Origin: Eledone cirrhosa
Lineage: Eukaryota
DNA: 64,000 nt
Assembly: GCA_964016885.1 (NCBI GenBank)
Contig: OZ024743.1
Span: forward strand, 81,530,001-81,594,000
Direction: 5' to 3'
Below the pieces are notes generated by a model. That model was not told where the DNA came from. It ran no database searches and was given only the letters and a program-made list of their open reading frames with translations. Below, in pieces: positions 1-13,399 of this stretch (its first letter is position 1; every line of letters starts with the position of its first letter). Both the position numbers and the translations under genes were made by a program.

Positions 1-30
1 ATTATTATTATTATTATTATTATTATTATT
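1..30. repeat. (ATT)n microsatellite flanking the Tx1 5' end
   Basis: Pure ATT repeat; further tracts at 5885-5928, 6351-6378, 7464-7491 and 7589-7627 separate consecutive elements. Confidence 0.95.
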
Positions 31-244
31 GGCGACCTACGTAGTAAATCGTATCATCGTGAGCTCTGCAAAGGTTTGTTATTTTCAGTTGTTTAAAATT
101 GACATTCATGGAAAATGTTTATTGTTAACTGAATATAAGTGCACATACATTGTTATCTGAAAAGGACACCCAAAAAGATTGGGGCCTTGAGCTCAAAATT
201 TAAACTTTTATAATTATCAAACAAAAATTTTTCTTTGAAAAATC

Positions 245-2113
245 ATGGCTGACTCAGAGTCACTCCTTTCTCACAAACTAACACCTCACACCGACACCAC
301 CATTGTAAATATTACTACGTTTGCCAACACTAAAAATATAAGCAGTAGCAATATTTTAAATTTGTCTCAGGCAGACATTCATTTCCCGCCATTACCAATG
401 ACTGCAGGTGTTAAAGCCGCCACCCCCACCACCACCGCAACAACAGAAACAAAAGAAAAAATAAATTAACTCGTGATATCGAAATGAATTCAACCAAAAT
501 GAACTCTTCCACACCGAACACCACTGACGCCACGCCACCACCACCACAACTGAAACTAAAATTAATAATAACAAAAATAACGATAACAACAACAGCAACA
601 ATGACATTAAGAAAACCACCCTGAGTTTTGCCAGAGTAGCAAAACAGTGCGAAAGTGCGAAGCATTTCAGGTAACTCAGGAGGAATTAGAAGAAGCCAAA
701 AAAATGGTAAAGAAAGATGGGTACAGGGTCAACCCCCACCCCCACCCCACCCCACCCCCTAATAAAATGGACCATCGGCGCCTATGCACCGTGTCTTATC
801 GAACAATTAATATAAAATCGCGCCGACTGGAACGGGCATCCGAGTCCCAAATCCAAAAAGCTTTGGGACATGTGTGGGCAAAAAAAACCCACATCAGACG
901 TGGGCACAAATATGGAACCGTGGACGTGTTCTTTGAAACACCACAGGAGGCTAGAGAACACTCCATGGCCCCATTAAGAAGTGACGACTTCACACTCGTC
1001 CCAAGCTATTGTGGCCAGAGACTCGTAAAGATCAGGGTGACCACGTTTCCACCGGCCATCGAAATTCCCTGGTAATAGCTGCCGTCCTCGCTGGCATCGA
1101 AGCCAACACCAAAATAATCGAAATAGGGAAAGAAAAACAGGAGAACTGGTCCGGATCAGGGATGGAGCTCCTGATCCAAGCGGACCAAAAAAGCATTGAG
1201 GAGATCCTAGAGGTAATAGACCTCACTGACGGCAGCCACCTCACCGAAATCGTCGAGGGCAGAAAGCCTAGGGTGTCGTTTGTGGTGAAGGAACCAATCT
1301 AAGGGCTTTCTGCCCTAAGGCTAAAAGGTTGAGGCCACCTCTCTTACCCACCCAAGTGACTCAACCATCAACACCAGCAGCAGCAGAGATAGCAGCAATA
1401 ACTGTAGCAGCAACAACAGAAACAACTGTAACAGCAACAACCCCAGCAACAGTAGTAAAACCAACACCACCACCACCCAACGCGCCAGAACTAGCACCAG
1501 CGCCTACACCATCCACCACGCCACAACCAAAACCAACGCCTGTGGAGGATTTTCCACTCCCCGGCCTATCACAACTGGAGACAGATTGTGATGACGAGGA
1601 GTGGGAAACGGTATCAGGAAAAAAGAAAAAAAGAAACCAAAAAAGAAAAAATTCTCTTACCTCCCCCTCCAAAAACAAAATACAGAGGGAAACAAATAAA
1701 CTATCAAACAAAAAGGTTAGGACAGATATGCCACCATCCACACCAGCATCACCAACCCCATCACCACAAACACCAACATCATCACCATCATTAACCCCAA
1801 CACCACCATTACCAACACCACAAAAGTCACCAAAAAGCGAAACAGAACAGACCCACAACAAACGCAAACAAAACAAAACAACCAAAACGATACACACTAC
1901 ACTGCATTAAATTTGAACAACAACCAATTATTACACTACATCCAACACAACACCAGCATCACAGAAAAAGACTACACAACAACCCAAAAGTTCACACCAC
2001 CTCCACACATACAAATCACTCGCATCACACAGAAAACGTACACGACACTAAAACAAAAATTCCCCAAAGACATCGGAGACTTCCGACAAACACTCTCCAG
2101 GAGATTTTTATAA
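245..2113 (+). pseudogene. Tx1-like ORF1, frameshifted
   Basis: Fragments 647-1075, 1009-1302 and 1329-1910; degenerate CCHC knuckle near 1273-1315; Pro/Thr-rich region with basic KKKKR stretch; lies upstream of ORF2. Confidence 0.65.
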
Positions 2114-2223
2114 GGACATCCTTCCGGAGGAGGTCACAAGCAGTGAAAAGGGTGGAGAAACCATCCTTCTTCAACGAGAAGTAAGGTAAGTGGTCTTTCC
2201 CATCTTTTCCACTCCATTTCAGC

Positions 2224-5200
2224 ATGACCTCACTCAGAATAGGCAGCATAAATGCGCGTGGCTTGGGGTCGTCATGGAAGCAGGGACACCTGGTCAACGA
2301 CCTCAGGTCACTGAACATAGATGTAGTGGCCATCAGCGAGACCAGAATCTCTGAAGCACGGGCCTTCGCACCGATTTTCGGCGGCTACGATGTGTACGCA
2401 TCTCCCAGCCGTCCGGGATCGGGGCAGGAGTTGCTGTGCTTTTTCGGAGAGGTTTGGATCTCGCCATACGGGCCATCTTCCTGGACCCAGAAGGTAAGTT
2501 GGTGGTGCTGGACGGGACCAGCGGAGACGGGCAAGCTTTCAGGCTAGTGGCCGTCTATGCCCCGACAGGATCAGGGCGGCCTGATTTCTTCTGGCGTCTG
2601 GAGATCTTTGTTGGAACGTCCCGCTCTTTAGTGTTAGTGAGCGACTGGAACGGGATCTTAGATGCACGCTGGGAGTGTGGGATCAGCGGATAGTGGAGGA
2701 GGGTGCAAAAGCCTCAGCAACCTGCTCAGGCGTTTTGAACTGTCTGACAGGTACCGATTGGATTTCCCGAATGTGCCAATGTGGACTTGGACAAATCGCA
2801 TAGGGTCATCCAGATCATATCTAGATAGAGTATTTTGTAGGGAAATAGATAGGTCTAGCATAGGCTGTCCACAATTCAAGATAGTCAGCTACACGGACCT
2901 CAAATTCGTAATCTGTGTGCTTGGCATAGATAGGTTTCATAGACGAGGACCCGGCTACTGGAAGGTAAACGCGTCTTTACCAGCGCGCAAGGCCTACAGA
3001 AACCGGATTAGCGAACTAGTTAAGCGGGCGTTGACGGGGGCCATCGTCAACAACAAGTGGTGGTTTGCTCTGAAAAGAGCAATTAGAATAGAGTCCATTA
3101 GGTTTAGTAAGGCTTTAGCAATAGAGAAAAATAGAGCAGAGGGAGAATTAGTTAGAAAATTAGACGAGGCGCTTAGCAAAGGTATCGCGACCGACGTAGT
3201 TGCGGCGAAATTGGCCCTTGACCAATTCTTCAATGCAAAGCACGAAGGCTGCGTTGTCAGAGCTAGGGTGCGTGCTCTCAGACACGAGGAGACGAAAGCC
3301 GTTCAATGGGCCGAGTGGCGGAGGCGCGTCGTGGCAATAAAGCCACGATCCGGTCTTTGGTGGACCACGACGGGCGCATGCTACTCGATCCCGGGCAAAT
3401 ATGTGAAGCTTTTCAGCGACACTTCGCTCAACTGTTCGGGGGAAGTGGCGGGCCGGATCGGGGGATGGACTTTAGTGTCTACCTCGACGGACTGCCGCGG
3501 CTTTCGGCCACTGAGGCGGAGTGTTGCGAAAAGCCGATAACAACGGCTGAAGTACGGGAGGCAATGACTGGCTGCACAAGGGGTAAATCGCCCGGTTTAG
3601 ATGGTCTGCCCTATGAACTTTACGTACAAATGCCAGACTTGTTCGGAGGCCGCTTGGCGGACGGACGTCTACTGCAACTGGCAACAGAACGGGAGAATTC
3701 CCAGCTCTGTGAGCCGAGGAGCGGTGGCGCTGCTGAGAAAGGATCAGAACAAGGGGGATAACATAGATAATTTTAGGTCCATAACTCTGCTAAACACAGA
3801 GTTCAAGATTTTGGCCAAGGTGCTAGCAAAGAGGTTGGCGCTTGTCGTTGGTGGTCTGGTGGGAGAGGCACAGACATGCGCCATTCCCGACAGATCCATC
3901 CACGACAACCTCCACCTCATGCGATACATCGTATAGAGGGTAGCTAGGGAACCTGGCACGGGTGGGTCTTTGATCAATTTAGATCAGTCGAAAGCCTTCG
4001 ATAGGGTCGACCATCGTTACCTAGCGGCAGTCCTGAGGGCGGCTGGTTTTCTGCCCGTCTTCAGAGGCTGGATCGCTGCCATGCACAGCGACATCTGCTC
4101 TGTAGTGAGAGTGAACGGTCACCTGTCGGAACCTTTCAACATCATGCGCTCGGTCCGCCAAGGATGTCCCCTCTCGTCCCTATTGTACGTATTGACTCTC
4201 GAGCCTTTACTGCACAAACTGGAGACGTTGAGGGGGGTCCCGCGCGAACTAGGATGCGGAAGATCCGTGTCAGCATATGCGGACGATGTCACCGTAGTGG
4301 TGTCGAACGCCAAACATATCGAGGCGATCGGCACTACACTAAGAGAATACGAAGCGGTGACAGGAGCAATGATCAACCAGGAAAAGTCAGTGGGCCTGCA
4401 GCTCGGCACCTGGAGAGGCAGGTCCATGCCGTCCAACAGCGTCGTCGGGCGCTGGACGGACGGACCGGTTAAATTGCTGGGGTCTGGTCCGGTCCAGACC
4501 TCCAGACGGACAAAAACTGGGACGAGGTGACGAGCAGAGTGGCTTCTCTCACCCAGAAATGAGCCGAGAGGAAGCTATCCCTGAAAGGTCGAGCGGAGGT
4601 GGCTAACGCGTACATCGCTCCGTCATCTACTACCGCCTGACCGCCGTACCTTGTCCTAAGCCCCGCCTGACTGCGCTGGAGCGTTTGCTCTTTCGCTTCT
4701 TGTGGAAGGGACGCGCTCCGATGGTCAGGCGGTCCAACTGCTGTCAACACCCGCTACGTGGAGGGCTGGGCATGCCGTGGCTGATGATGCGCAGACACGC
4801 GCTCAGGCTACGACATCTCCACCTCTTCCTCGACGGTGATCAGGTGTGGTCGCCGTTTGCTAGACACGTTTTTCCCCAGCTCGTCTCCTTGACGGAGCTG
4901 CAGTCCTGGGTCAAGCGAAGACCGAGAAGGAGTGCTTGGAGACTGGAATGTCTTCAGGTGCTCACAGCCCTCGACCACTCGGGCAATGTGATCTGTGGAA
5001 ACTCCACCTTGGCGTTCTATAGGGGATTAGTGGAGGGTAAGAGCGACGACGTACTTGGAGAAACTCTAGGCGTCGACGAAAATCAACTAGCCAATATCTT
5101 CGGAAGGACTTTCGGGCCGGGGCCTATGGACAACTTCCAGAAATCCCTGGCCTGGCAGTGCTACCGGGGAGCTTTGCCAGTTCGGGATAAACTCTACAGG

Positions 5201-5641
5201 CATGGAGGTGCCGTCAGCCGGGAATGTCCGAGATGCGCACAGGGCGACGAAACCGTCCTGCACGCACTCGTCCAGTGTCCGAGCATTGCTGTCTTGTGGG
5301 TTTATGTCGAACACCTGCTGTCACGTGTAGGACGGATCCATCTATCAGCTGAGTCCATCGTGAGGATTGCCCCGCCCTCCTCCTTTAGCCGGGAAGGGCA
5401 GGCAGTTTTTATCTGTCTGGTGGCCATGGCGAAAGAGATAGTATGGTGGACACGTTTGAAAGGGCTGAAGACCAGCACTTACCTCTTCGGTGATGCCCTG
5501 ATTAACTTTTTCAAATTTCATTTGAAAAGGAAAATCAGGGTAGAGAGGGAAGTGCTCTCTTCCCAGCATTTTGTTGAAAGATGGGTGAGAGAAGCAAGTA
5601 TGGCCCGAGTGAATGGGCCTTCTCTGAGTATGTGTCTGTAA
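2224..5641 (+). pseudogene. Tx1-like ORF2 (AP endonuclease, reverse transcriptase, zf-RVT), several frameshifts and stops
   Basis: GSINARGL, VAISET, VAVYAP, YLDRVF (APE); KSPGLDG, FRSITLLNTEFKILAK, LDQSKAFDRVDH, VRQGCPLS, YADD (RT); CPRC..ETVLHALVQC. Confidence 0.92.
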
Positions 5642-5883
5642 ATTAAAGGTGGAAAACTGGCTGAGGACACTTGCCCTGGTGGTCAGGGTCACTGTGGTCT
5701 TTTAATGGGCTTTCTCCACAAATGTCCCTCGGAAGTCTACCCCCTATTGGGGAATTTTTCTTTGTTATTTTATTACATCCTCTGTCTTTTTACACGCAGA
5801 AATGCCCATTTGTACCGTCCTGTATTGTCCTGTACTGTCCTTAATGTTTACTTTATGTAAACCCTTGTGGTTAATAAAGAAAA

Positions 5884-5928
<45 letters not shown>

Positions 5929-5929
<1 letters not shown>

Positions 5930-6350
5930 GTTCTTTGAGTCTCAGTCATTGATGTTAGTTAACTGGAAAGTTCGTTGAAATGAATATCAAGCCACTACCT
6001 GCAGCCTCAGATATTCAGGACGTATCGGAGAGTTCTTGCTGTTCCCAGCAAGCATGCCTTTTGAAGTGTTCTAAAAAGCGGGGCGGGGCCTATTTTCTTT
6101 AACCATCCTTTGAAACTCATTGAGATAGTACCTAGTGCGCCTATGAGAATCGGGACCACTTTGACTTCATGGCAGTTCCAAATCCTTTTTACCTCCCACT
6201 TTATGTTTTTGTATCGGTTAATTTTCTCCCTCTCCTTCTCTTGCACTCTCGTGTCGAATGGGCAGGCCACATCCACACTCAGGCACGATCTTATTTCCTT
6301 GTCCAAAACCACCAGGTCAGGTCTATTGTGTTCCAGTTTCTTCTCCGTCT
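5929..6350 (-). mobile_element. 5'-truncated R4/Dong-type (RLE) retrotransposon fragment
   Basis: RPDLVV..CLSVDVACPFD..EKINRY..VVPILIGALGT..LQKACLLGTARTLR (RLE C-terminus); flanked by (TAA)n on both sides. Confidence 0.85.
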
Positions 6351-6378
6351 GTTATTATTATTATTATTATTATTATTA

Positions 6379-7463
6379 CAGTTGCATTTATCTTGCTTTA
6401 TGTTCATACAAGTTATCACCAAGTCACAACCAGTGACCTCAAGAGACAACAAGGTCCGCTATGTTCAAGAAAGAACATACATACTCACACATGCATCTTT
6501 AGTGTTTAGACTTGTGATGTACTTATATTGACAGAATCTTCCTTAGTATATGGGCAGTTCCCATTAGTACTATCTTTTGTATTTCTCCTATACGCGGGTT
6601 TCCTGGGATTTGCGATAAGTAATCATTAGACCCCTTAGGTATCATTCCCAGAGCGCCTATAACCACTGGTATTGTTTTAGTTCTCAATTTCCACATTTTT
6701 CCAATTTTTATCTCCAGGTCCTTATACTTGCTCAATTTTTCAAATGTTTTTATAGATACATTCTTGTCTATTGGAACGGACATATCAATTAGCAGGCATA
6801 CCCTCTTTTTAAAGTCCTTCAATATTATATCAGGTCTATTTGCATCTATTTTTCGGTCTGTTTGGATGCTAAAGTTCCACAAGATTGAGATGTGATCTTT
6901 TTCAAGTATGGGAGGTGGTTGATGCTCCCACCAATTCTTTTGATGCGGCAGGTCAAAATGCTTACACATTATCCAATGTATGTATTGTGCAGCTCTGTCA
7001 TGCCTGTTTAGGTATTCGGTTGGAGCTATAGGACTGCACATTGAAATTATATGGTCAATGGTCTCTGGTTGTTTTTTGCATACACTGCATAATGGGCTAC
7101 ATCCATGTTTTATTATGTTGGCTTGGTAATTTTTTTTTGGCAGACACTGATTTCGTGCTGATATAATCAGTCCTTCAGTCTCCGATTTCAGTCCAGAGGA
7201 TGCCAACCACTGATGGGTTAAAGTTTTGTCAACATCAGGATTGTTAGCTCGTTCTGGGTATTTTCCATACAGAGGCTTTTCTTGCAATTTCTTAGCCAGT
7301 TTCTGTTGCAGTTCTTTCTTTGCAGTTACTTTTACCTGCTTTGCTTTTTCTGTGTTTTCCATTTCAGCAGTAAATGGGACTTCTGGAATGTGTAGTCCAT
7401 TACTGTATCTTTGTGCATCTTTTGTAATGGAGTATGATCTTTTGATGCTTTTGTGTTTCAAAA
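6379..7463 (-). mobile_element. 5'-truncated R4/Dong-type retrotransposon with open RLE ORF 6523-7461
   Basis: CSVC..ETIDHIISMC knuckle, RHD..YIHW, NRPDIIL..IDMSVP, KLSKY, PVVIGALG; (TAA)n at both ends. Confidence 0.9.
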
Positions 7464-7502
7464 CATTATTATTATTATTATTATTATTATTAAAATAACA
7501 AA

Positions 7503-7587
7503 GAAATGCCCATTTGTACCGTCCTGTATTGTCCTGTACTGTCCTTAATGTCTACTTTATGTGAACCCTTGTGGTTAATAAAGAAAA

Positions 7588-7588
<1 letters not shown>
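7503..7588 (+). mobile_element. Tx1 3'-end stub
   Basis: Near-identical to 5798-5884 and followed by (ATT)n. Confidence 0.9.
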
Positions 7589-7627
<39 letters not shown>

Positions 7628-9893
7628 GGTCGTTGAAGTGAATGGACGTACTATGGTGAGCTCGAGTAAATTTGTTACTTCTACGGTTTTAAATACGTTT
7701 GTTATTAATATTTTTGTTTCAAAAGGGGCATATGACTTTAGTCCTAGCCCTCAAGAAAGGACTCCCCCTAATATTTGAGCCTTGTGGCCCAAATATTTAA
7801 TCTTTGTGTGTTTAAAAGAAAATATCTGTCGAAAAAAACATGGCGGGCCACGCCGATATCGCTAAACCGTACAGGGAGTGTGATGAGGTTGAAGGGTGGA
7901 AAACCATCGCAGCGAAAAAAAAAGAAAGAACTCTCTACCTTCGCCCTCTCCCCCAAAAAGAGAAGGAAAAAAACAAGCTCATGTTACTCGATCCCGGGCA
8001 AATGTGTGCGGCTTTTCAGTGACACTTCGCTCAACTGTTCGAAGAGAGCAGCGGGCAGAATCCTGGGATAGACTTTAGTGCCTACCTCGACAGACTGCCA
8101 CAGCTCTCGGCCACTGAGTCGGACTGTTGCTGAAAACATTCGCTGTAGTATGGGAGGCAATGACTGACGGCACGATGGGTAAATCGCCTGGTTTGGATGG
8201 TCTGACCTACGAGCTTTACGTACCCATGCTAGACTTACACGGCGACATATTGGCGGATGTCTACTGCAACTGGCAGCAGAACGGGCGAATTCCCAAATCT
8301 GTGAGCCGAGGAGCGGTTATACTACTGAGAAATGACCCGAACAAGGGGAACAACATAAATAATTTCAGGCTCATAACTCTGCTAAACGCAGAGTTCAAGA
8401 TTTTGGTCTAGGTGCTAGTAAAGAGGTTGGCGCTTGGTCTGGTGGGAGAGGCGCAGAAATGCGCCATTCCAGACAGATCTATCCACGACAACCACCACCT
8501 CATGCGATACATCGTTGAGAAAGTAGCTAGGGAACCTAGCACGGGTGGGTCCTTGATCAATTTAGATCAGTCGAAAGCTTTTGATAGGGTCGACCATCGT
8601 TATCTGGCGGTCACCCTGAGGGCGGCCGGCTTTAGGCCCGTCTTCAGTGGCTGGATCGCTGGCATGCAAAGTGATATCTGCTCTGTGGTGAGAGGGAAAG
8701 TTCATCTTTCCGAACCCGCGTGAACTGGGATGCGTGAGAACCGTGTCAGCATATGTCGACGACGTCACCGTGGTGGTGTCGAGCGACAAACACATCGAGG
8801 CGATCGGCACTACACTAAGAGAATACAAGACGGTGACAGAAGCAATGATCAACCACTAAAAATCGGTGAGCCTGTGGCTCGGCACCTGGAGAGGCAGGTC
8901 CAAGTCGTCCGACAGCGTCGTCGGGTGCTGGACGGACGGATCGGTTGAATTTCTAGGGGTCTGGTTCTATCCGGACCTCCAGACGAACAAAAACTGTGAT
9001 GAGGTGAGCAGCAGGGTGGCCTTTCTCACCCAGGAATGGACCGAGAGGAAGCTATCTCTGAACGGTCGAGTAGAGTTGGCGAACGCGTACATCACATCCG
9101 TCATCAACTACCGCCTGACCGTCGTGCTTTGTCTTAAGCCTCGCCTGACTGCGCTGGAGCGTTTGCTCTAACGCTTTTTGTGGAAGTGACGCGCTCCGGT
9201 GGTCAGGCGGTTCATCTGCTGTCAACACGCACTACTCGGAAGACTGGGCCTGCCGTGGCTGATTATGTGCAGACATGCACTAAGGCTACGGCATCTCCAC
9301 CTCTTCCTCGACGCTGAACAGTTATGGTCGCCGTCTGTTAGACACGTTTTTCCCCAAGCGCGTCTACTTGACGGAGCTGCAGTCCTTGGTCAAGCGACGA
9401 CCGAGAGGGAGCGCTTGGAGACTAAAATGTATTTAGGCGCACACAGCCCTCGACCAATCGAGCGCTGCGATCGGTGGAAACTCCTCATTGGCGTTCTATA
9501 GAGGGTTAGTGGATGACAAGAGCGACGATGTCCTTGGGGAAACTCTGGGTGTCGACGAGAGAAAACTAACTATTCTCTTCGGGGGACTTTCGGTCCGGGG
9601 CCAATGGATAACTTCCAGGAGTCCCTGGCTTGGCAGAGCTACTGTGGAGCGTTGCCAGTTCGAGATAAACTTTACAGACATGGGAGTGCCGTCAGCCGGC
9701 CCTATCCAAGATGCGCGCCAGGCGGCAAGACCGTCCTGCACGCACTCGTCCAGTGTCCGAGCATCACTGACTTGTAGGTTTATGTCAAACATCTGGTGTC
9801 GCGTGTAGGACGGATTCGGTTATCAGCTGAGTCCATCGTGAAGATTGCCCCGCCGCGCTCCTTTAAACAGGAGGGGCATGCAGATTTTATCTG
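7628..9893 (+). mobile_element. Second, older Tx1 copy with internal deletions
   Basis: 5' end resembles 31-210; 7975-9893 is homologous to 3378-5415 (KSPGLDG, LDQSKAFDRVDH, YVDD); many stops. Confidence 0.88.
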
Positions 9894-10010
9894 ACGGGTC
9901 TCAGTTCAAATCCCGTGCTTAACTTTGCCTTTCACTCTTATGGGGTCGATAAAATAAAGTACCAGTAATGCACTGGTATAATTGCTGGCCTTGTGCCAAA
10001 AGGAGAAACA
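9894..10010 (+). mobile_element. SINE, family with core GGGGTCGATAAAATAAAGTACCAG...GCTGGCCTTGTGCC
   Basis: B-box-like GTTCAAATCC; same core at 11640-11741(+), 35540-35690(-), 37378-37560(-), 41275-41465(-), degenerate at 23781-24025, 33950-34030 and 46585-46690. Confidence 0.75.
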
Positions 10011-10155
10011 GTTATATAGGCATATAAGTACTTACATAGAAACATAAAAACCTGCATATACACACATACATACAAACGTATATACGCATTTGTTTATATT
10101 TTTTGTGCCAGTATAACGGAGTGCATTTCTCTGTATATATATATATATATATATA

Positions 10156-10685
10156 TCAAAGGTATATATAGAGTTAATAACTTAAAATAGTCTCTTACAA
10201 CAAAATATCTCTAAGAAAGAGCTATTTCCGAGCCGTATATTATAATTGAATAATATAAAAGAAAAACGAACACAGATATATACATATATGTGTTCAAATC
10301 GTAAGGGACCAGATTCGCTGAGGTGTAAAGAATACTAACTATATACAGTTGGGTCTGCCTGTCTCAATTTAAGAAAAAATCAAGAAAATAAATACAAACC
10401 GGAATTGTGGTAACTACCAATCACCCAGACAACTTGGTGTTGTTTCGCAAAATTAATTGTGAATAGAATTATCAATTTATGCTCATCAGTGGGTGATAAA
10501 TTAGTATGCTAGACACTTCTAAGTAAATTAAGAGACTGAATAGTGTGCTATATATATTTATAGTACACATGGTGTCTTAGCGTGTCTCACAAACTTACAC
10601 CACTAAAAATAGCAGCCAGGTTTATTTGAACGCATATATGTATATGTCTGTGTTCGTTTTTCTTTTATATTCAATTATAATATAT
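10156..10685 (-). mobile_element. Foldback PLE pseudo-LTR derivative in (TA)n
   Basis: Inverted repeats 10236-10299 / 10624-10685, internal HHR, unpaired extension 10156-10235. Confidence 0.65.
10420..10497 (-). ncRNA. Type I hammerhead ribozyme, canonical
   Basis: Minus strand: ATCACCCA-CTGATGA-stem II-GAAA-CAAC accaa GTTG-TC-TGGGTGAT; 8-bp stem I, GUC cleavage triplet. Confidence 0.88.
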
Positions 10686-10695
10686 ATATATATTC

Positions 10696-10945
10696 ATTAA
10701 AATAACAGATTAAAGTTTAAGCAAAGAATCGGTGCTTTCACCCTTAACAGGATCTTCTGAAACTAACAGTCAATCTGTGAACGCAGAAGTGAATATTTCA
10801 AAAAACATTGCAACCGGAGGAAGACAGGAAGACGATACTTTGGTTCGTGTAAACGTTCCCTATACAAATAAGTAATGGTATAAACATAACATATACTTAG
10901 CTACCACATCCAGACGTAAAATATCCGCGTATAGATCGTATTATC
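10696..10945 (-). mobile_element. pLTR-like repeat of the CAGAAGA-HHR family
   Basis: Reverse complement of about 44780-44932; HHR-like fold at 10714-10764. Confidence 0.65.
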
Positions 10946-11016
10946 CGTTAGGGTATAATGTGGGGCTGTAATACATTATTATTATTACATATATATATAT
11001 ATACATATATATATAC

Positions 11017-11093
<77 letters not shown>

Positions 11094-11639
11094 TTCTGTG
11101 TATGTGTGTGTATGATTCTGTGTGTGTTTGTAATATAAGTCGTAAGCAAATGTCAAAGAGTTACCATAGAGATTAAAATATTGTTGCAAATGTATTATAC
11201 CATCCAGCTCTCATGTTTTATGCCTGGTCATGAAACTTCTGATGTAGTTGTACTGAGGGAGAGCTTAGTGGTATTTTAAGTCTAGTGGAGGCCTTTCCAG
11301 GTCTGAACACAGCAGATTTCTTCCAGAGAAAGATAGAAATGAGAGAGAAGTCAGATATAGAGGAAGAATGGACGGGATTTGAACTCACAGATCAGAGAAT
11401 CTGAACAAATACAGGAAAACATTTTGACCTTCTAACAACTCCGTCAATTCGCCGACTGATCTTAGTATGGATTCCTCTAATTCACAGAGAAGACAGCAGA
11501 AGAGAGATGGGAGGAGTCTCTTCAACAAAATGAAATACTATGTATATATAATATAATACATATACAGGGTCTTATTGCTAATTTTCAGGAGCATGGCCAG
11601 TCGTCTGCATTTAAAATGATGTGTATTATGTAAGGATGA

Positions 11640-11741
11640 AAGGCCGAGGTTAACTTTGCCTTTCATCCTTACGGGGTCGATAAAATAAAGTACCAGTAAT
11701 GCACTGAGTAATTGCTGGCCTTGTGCCAAAAGTAGAAACAA
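11640..11741 (+). mobile_element. SINE copy
   Basis: Same core as 9894-10010. Confidence 0.75.
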
Positions 11742-11829
11742 TTATGTATATATTTGATATATTTCTAACATGTATCTGATTTCTTTTTTTTTGTTTTGTT
11801 TTTTTGTAAAGACTTAGTTATTTTATTTA

Positions 11830-12100
11830 CAATAGTTTATAACTTTGCCTATTAATCCGTATGGTGAGCAAATGAGGTCCCACGTGCTGGCCTCCCCACA
11901 ACCCCGGAGGATGGTAAGGGAGATGCGCTGGAAGAGACATTCCAACTCGCGAGGCTCACACCTGCGGCTGACCAGCTCAGCACTTATGGTGGTGAATGGG
12001 GAGGTAGCCCCAGGGCCAAGGACACCAGAAGTCTCCACTGCCAAGGGCACGACGGCGAACCTGTCGGAGAGGGACTTGGAGAGATTGGCCTCCGACATGC
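11830..12100 (-). mobile_element. CRE-like (RLE) retrotransposon 3' fragment
   Basis: PLAVETSGVLGPGA...LFQRISLTILRG, typical CRE-clade C-terminus. Confidence 0.7.
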
Positions 12101-12252
12101 AGACATTAGACCCACTTAATGTTGTGGACAAAAATTGTATACATAGTGGAAGTATACTCCACCAGCCAAAGCCTCATCCATGGAGCACAAAAGAAATTCC
12201 GACAGTATTTTGGAAAGTGCCAGCCATCTTCCTGAAAATTGATCCTGCGTGC

Positions 12253-12891
12253 TGTTACAAATGTGGATTATATTCTCATGTCTTCAGTCCTGAGTTACAA
12301 AGCCTGACACACATGTGGATTATATTCTCATGTCTTCACTCCTGAGTTACAAAGCCTGACACACATGTGGATTATATTCTCATGTCTTCACTCCTGAGTT
12401 ACAAAGCCTGACACACATGTGGATTATATTCTCATGTCTTCACTCCTGAGTTACAAAGCCTGACACACATGTGGATTATATTCTCATGTCTTCAATCCTG
12501 AGTTACAAAGCCTGTTACAAATGTGGATTATATTCTCATGTCTTCAATCCTGAGTTACAAAGCCTGTCACACATGTGGATTATATTCTCATGTCTTCACT
12601 CCTGGGTTACAAAGCCTGACACACATGTGGATTATATTCTCATGTCTTCACTCCTGAGTTACAAAGCCTGACACACATGTGGATTATATTCTCATGTCTT
12701 CACTCCTGAGTTACAAAGCCTGTCACACATGTGGATTATATTCTCATGTCTTCACTCCTGAGCTACAAAGCCTGACACAAATGTGGATTATATTCTCATG
12801 TCTTCAGTCCTGAGTTACAAAGCCTGTCACACATGTGGATTATACTCTCATGTCTTCAGTCCTGAGTTACAAAGCCTGTCACACATGTGGA
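12253..12891. repeat. 52-bp minisatellite, about 12 copies
   Basis: Unit TGACACACATGTGGATTATATTCTCATGTCTTCACTCCTGAGTTACAAAGCC with few variants. Confidence 0.95.
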
Positions 12892-12899
12892 TATAACAA

Positions 12900-13165
12900 T
12901 ATAGTTCTATGGTTCCTCTAGTCATACAGCTTCACTGACAATGGCATCTCTTGGTGAACAATTTCCTGGTCACCTCATTTCGAGATTAGATAATATCCAT
13001 TGGTCATCCAGATCACAGGACCTAACCCCAGTGGACTACAACTTGTTCGGTTACCTCAAGAATAGGGGATACACAAGAAAGCCCCGCACTGCTGTGGAAC
13101 TGAAACAAAGCTTTCACAGAGAGGCTGCTGCCATTCCAGTTGATACGCTAAGTCGTACTGTGTTT
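12900..13165 (+). mobile_element. Tc1/mariner transposase C-terminal fragment
   Basis: FPGHLISR..WSSRSQDLTPVDYNLFGYLK resembles the WPPRSPDLxPxD motif; a TA-CAGGGTGTCCCAAAAAG TIR-like end lies at 15937-15975. Confidence 0.75.
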
Positions 13166-13249
13166 GGATTGAGAGAGAATGAGAGAGAGGCGGGAGGAGA
13201 AATAAACAGCGAGAGGGAGAAAGAGTGGGAGAGAAAGAAAGAGAGAGAG

Positions 13250-13352
13250 GGGGAGTGAGAGAGAGAGAAGGATATAGAGAGAGGAGAGAGAGAGTGAGAG
13301 AGAGTGAGGGAGAGTGAGGGAGAGTGAGAGAGTGAGAAAGAAAAAGAGAGAG

Positions 13353-13399
<47 letters not shown>

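Larger units (their letters stand above)
31..5884 (+). mobile_element. Near full-length Tx1/L1-clade LINE, inactivated
   Basis: ORF1 + ORF2 (APE, RT, zf-RVT); 3' UTR ending ...GGTTAATAAAGAAAAC then (ATT)n; 5' end similar to the copy starting at 7628. Confidence 0.9.

Noticed and set aside
12253-12891. CRISPR-like array
   Set aside because: Units are contiguous with no unique spacers, there are no cas genes and the context is eukaryotic
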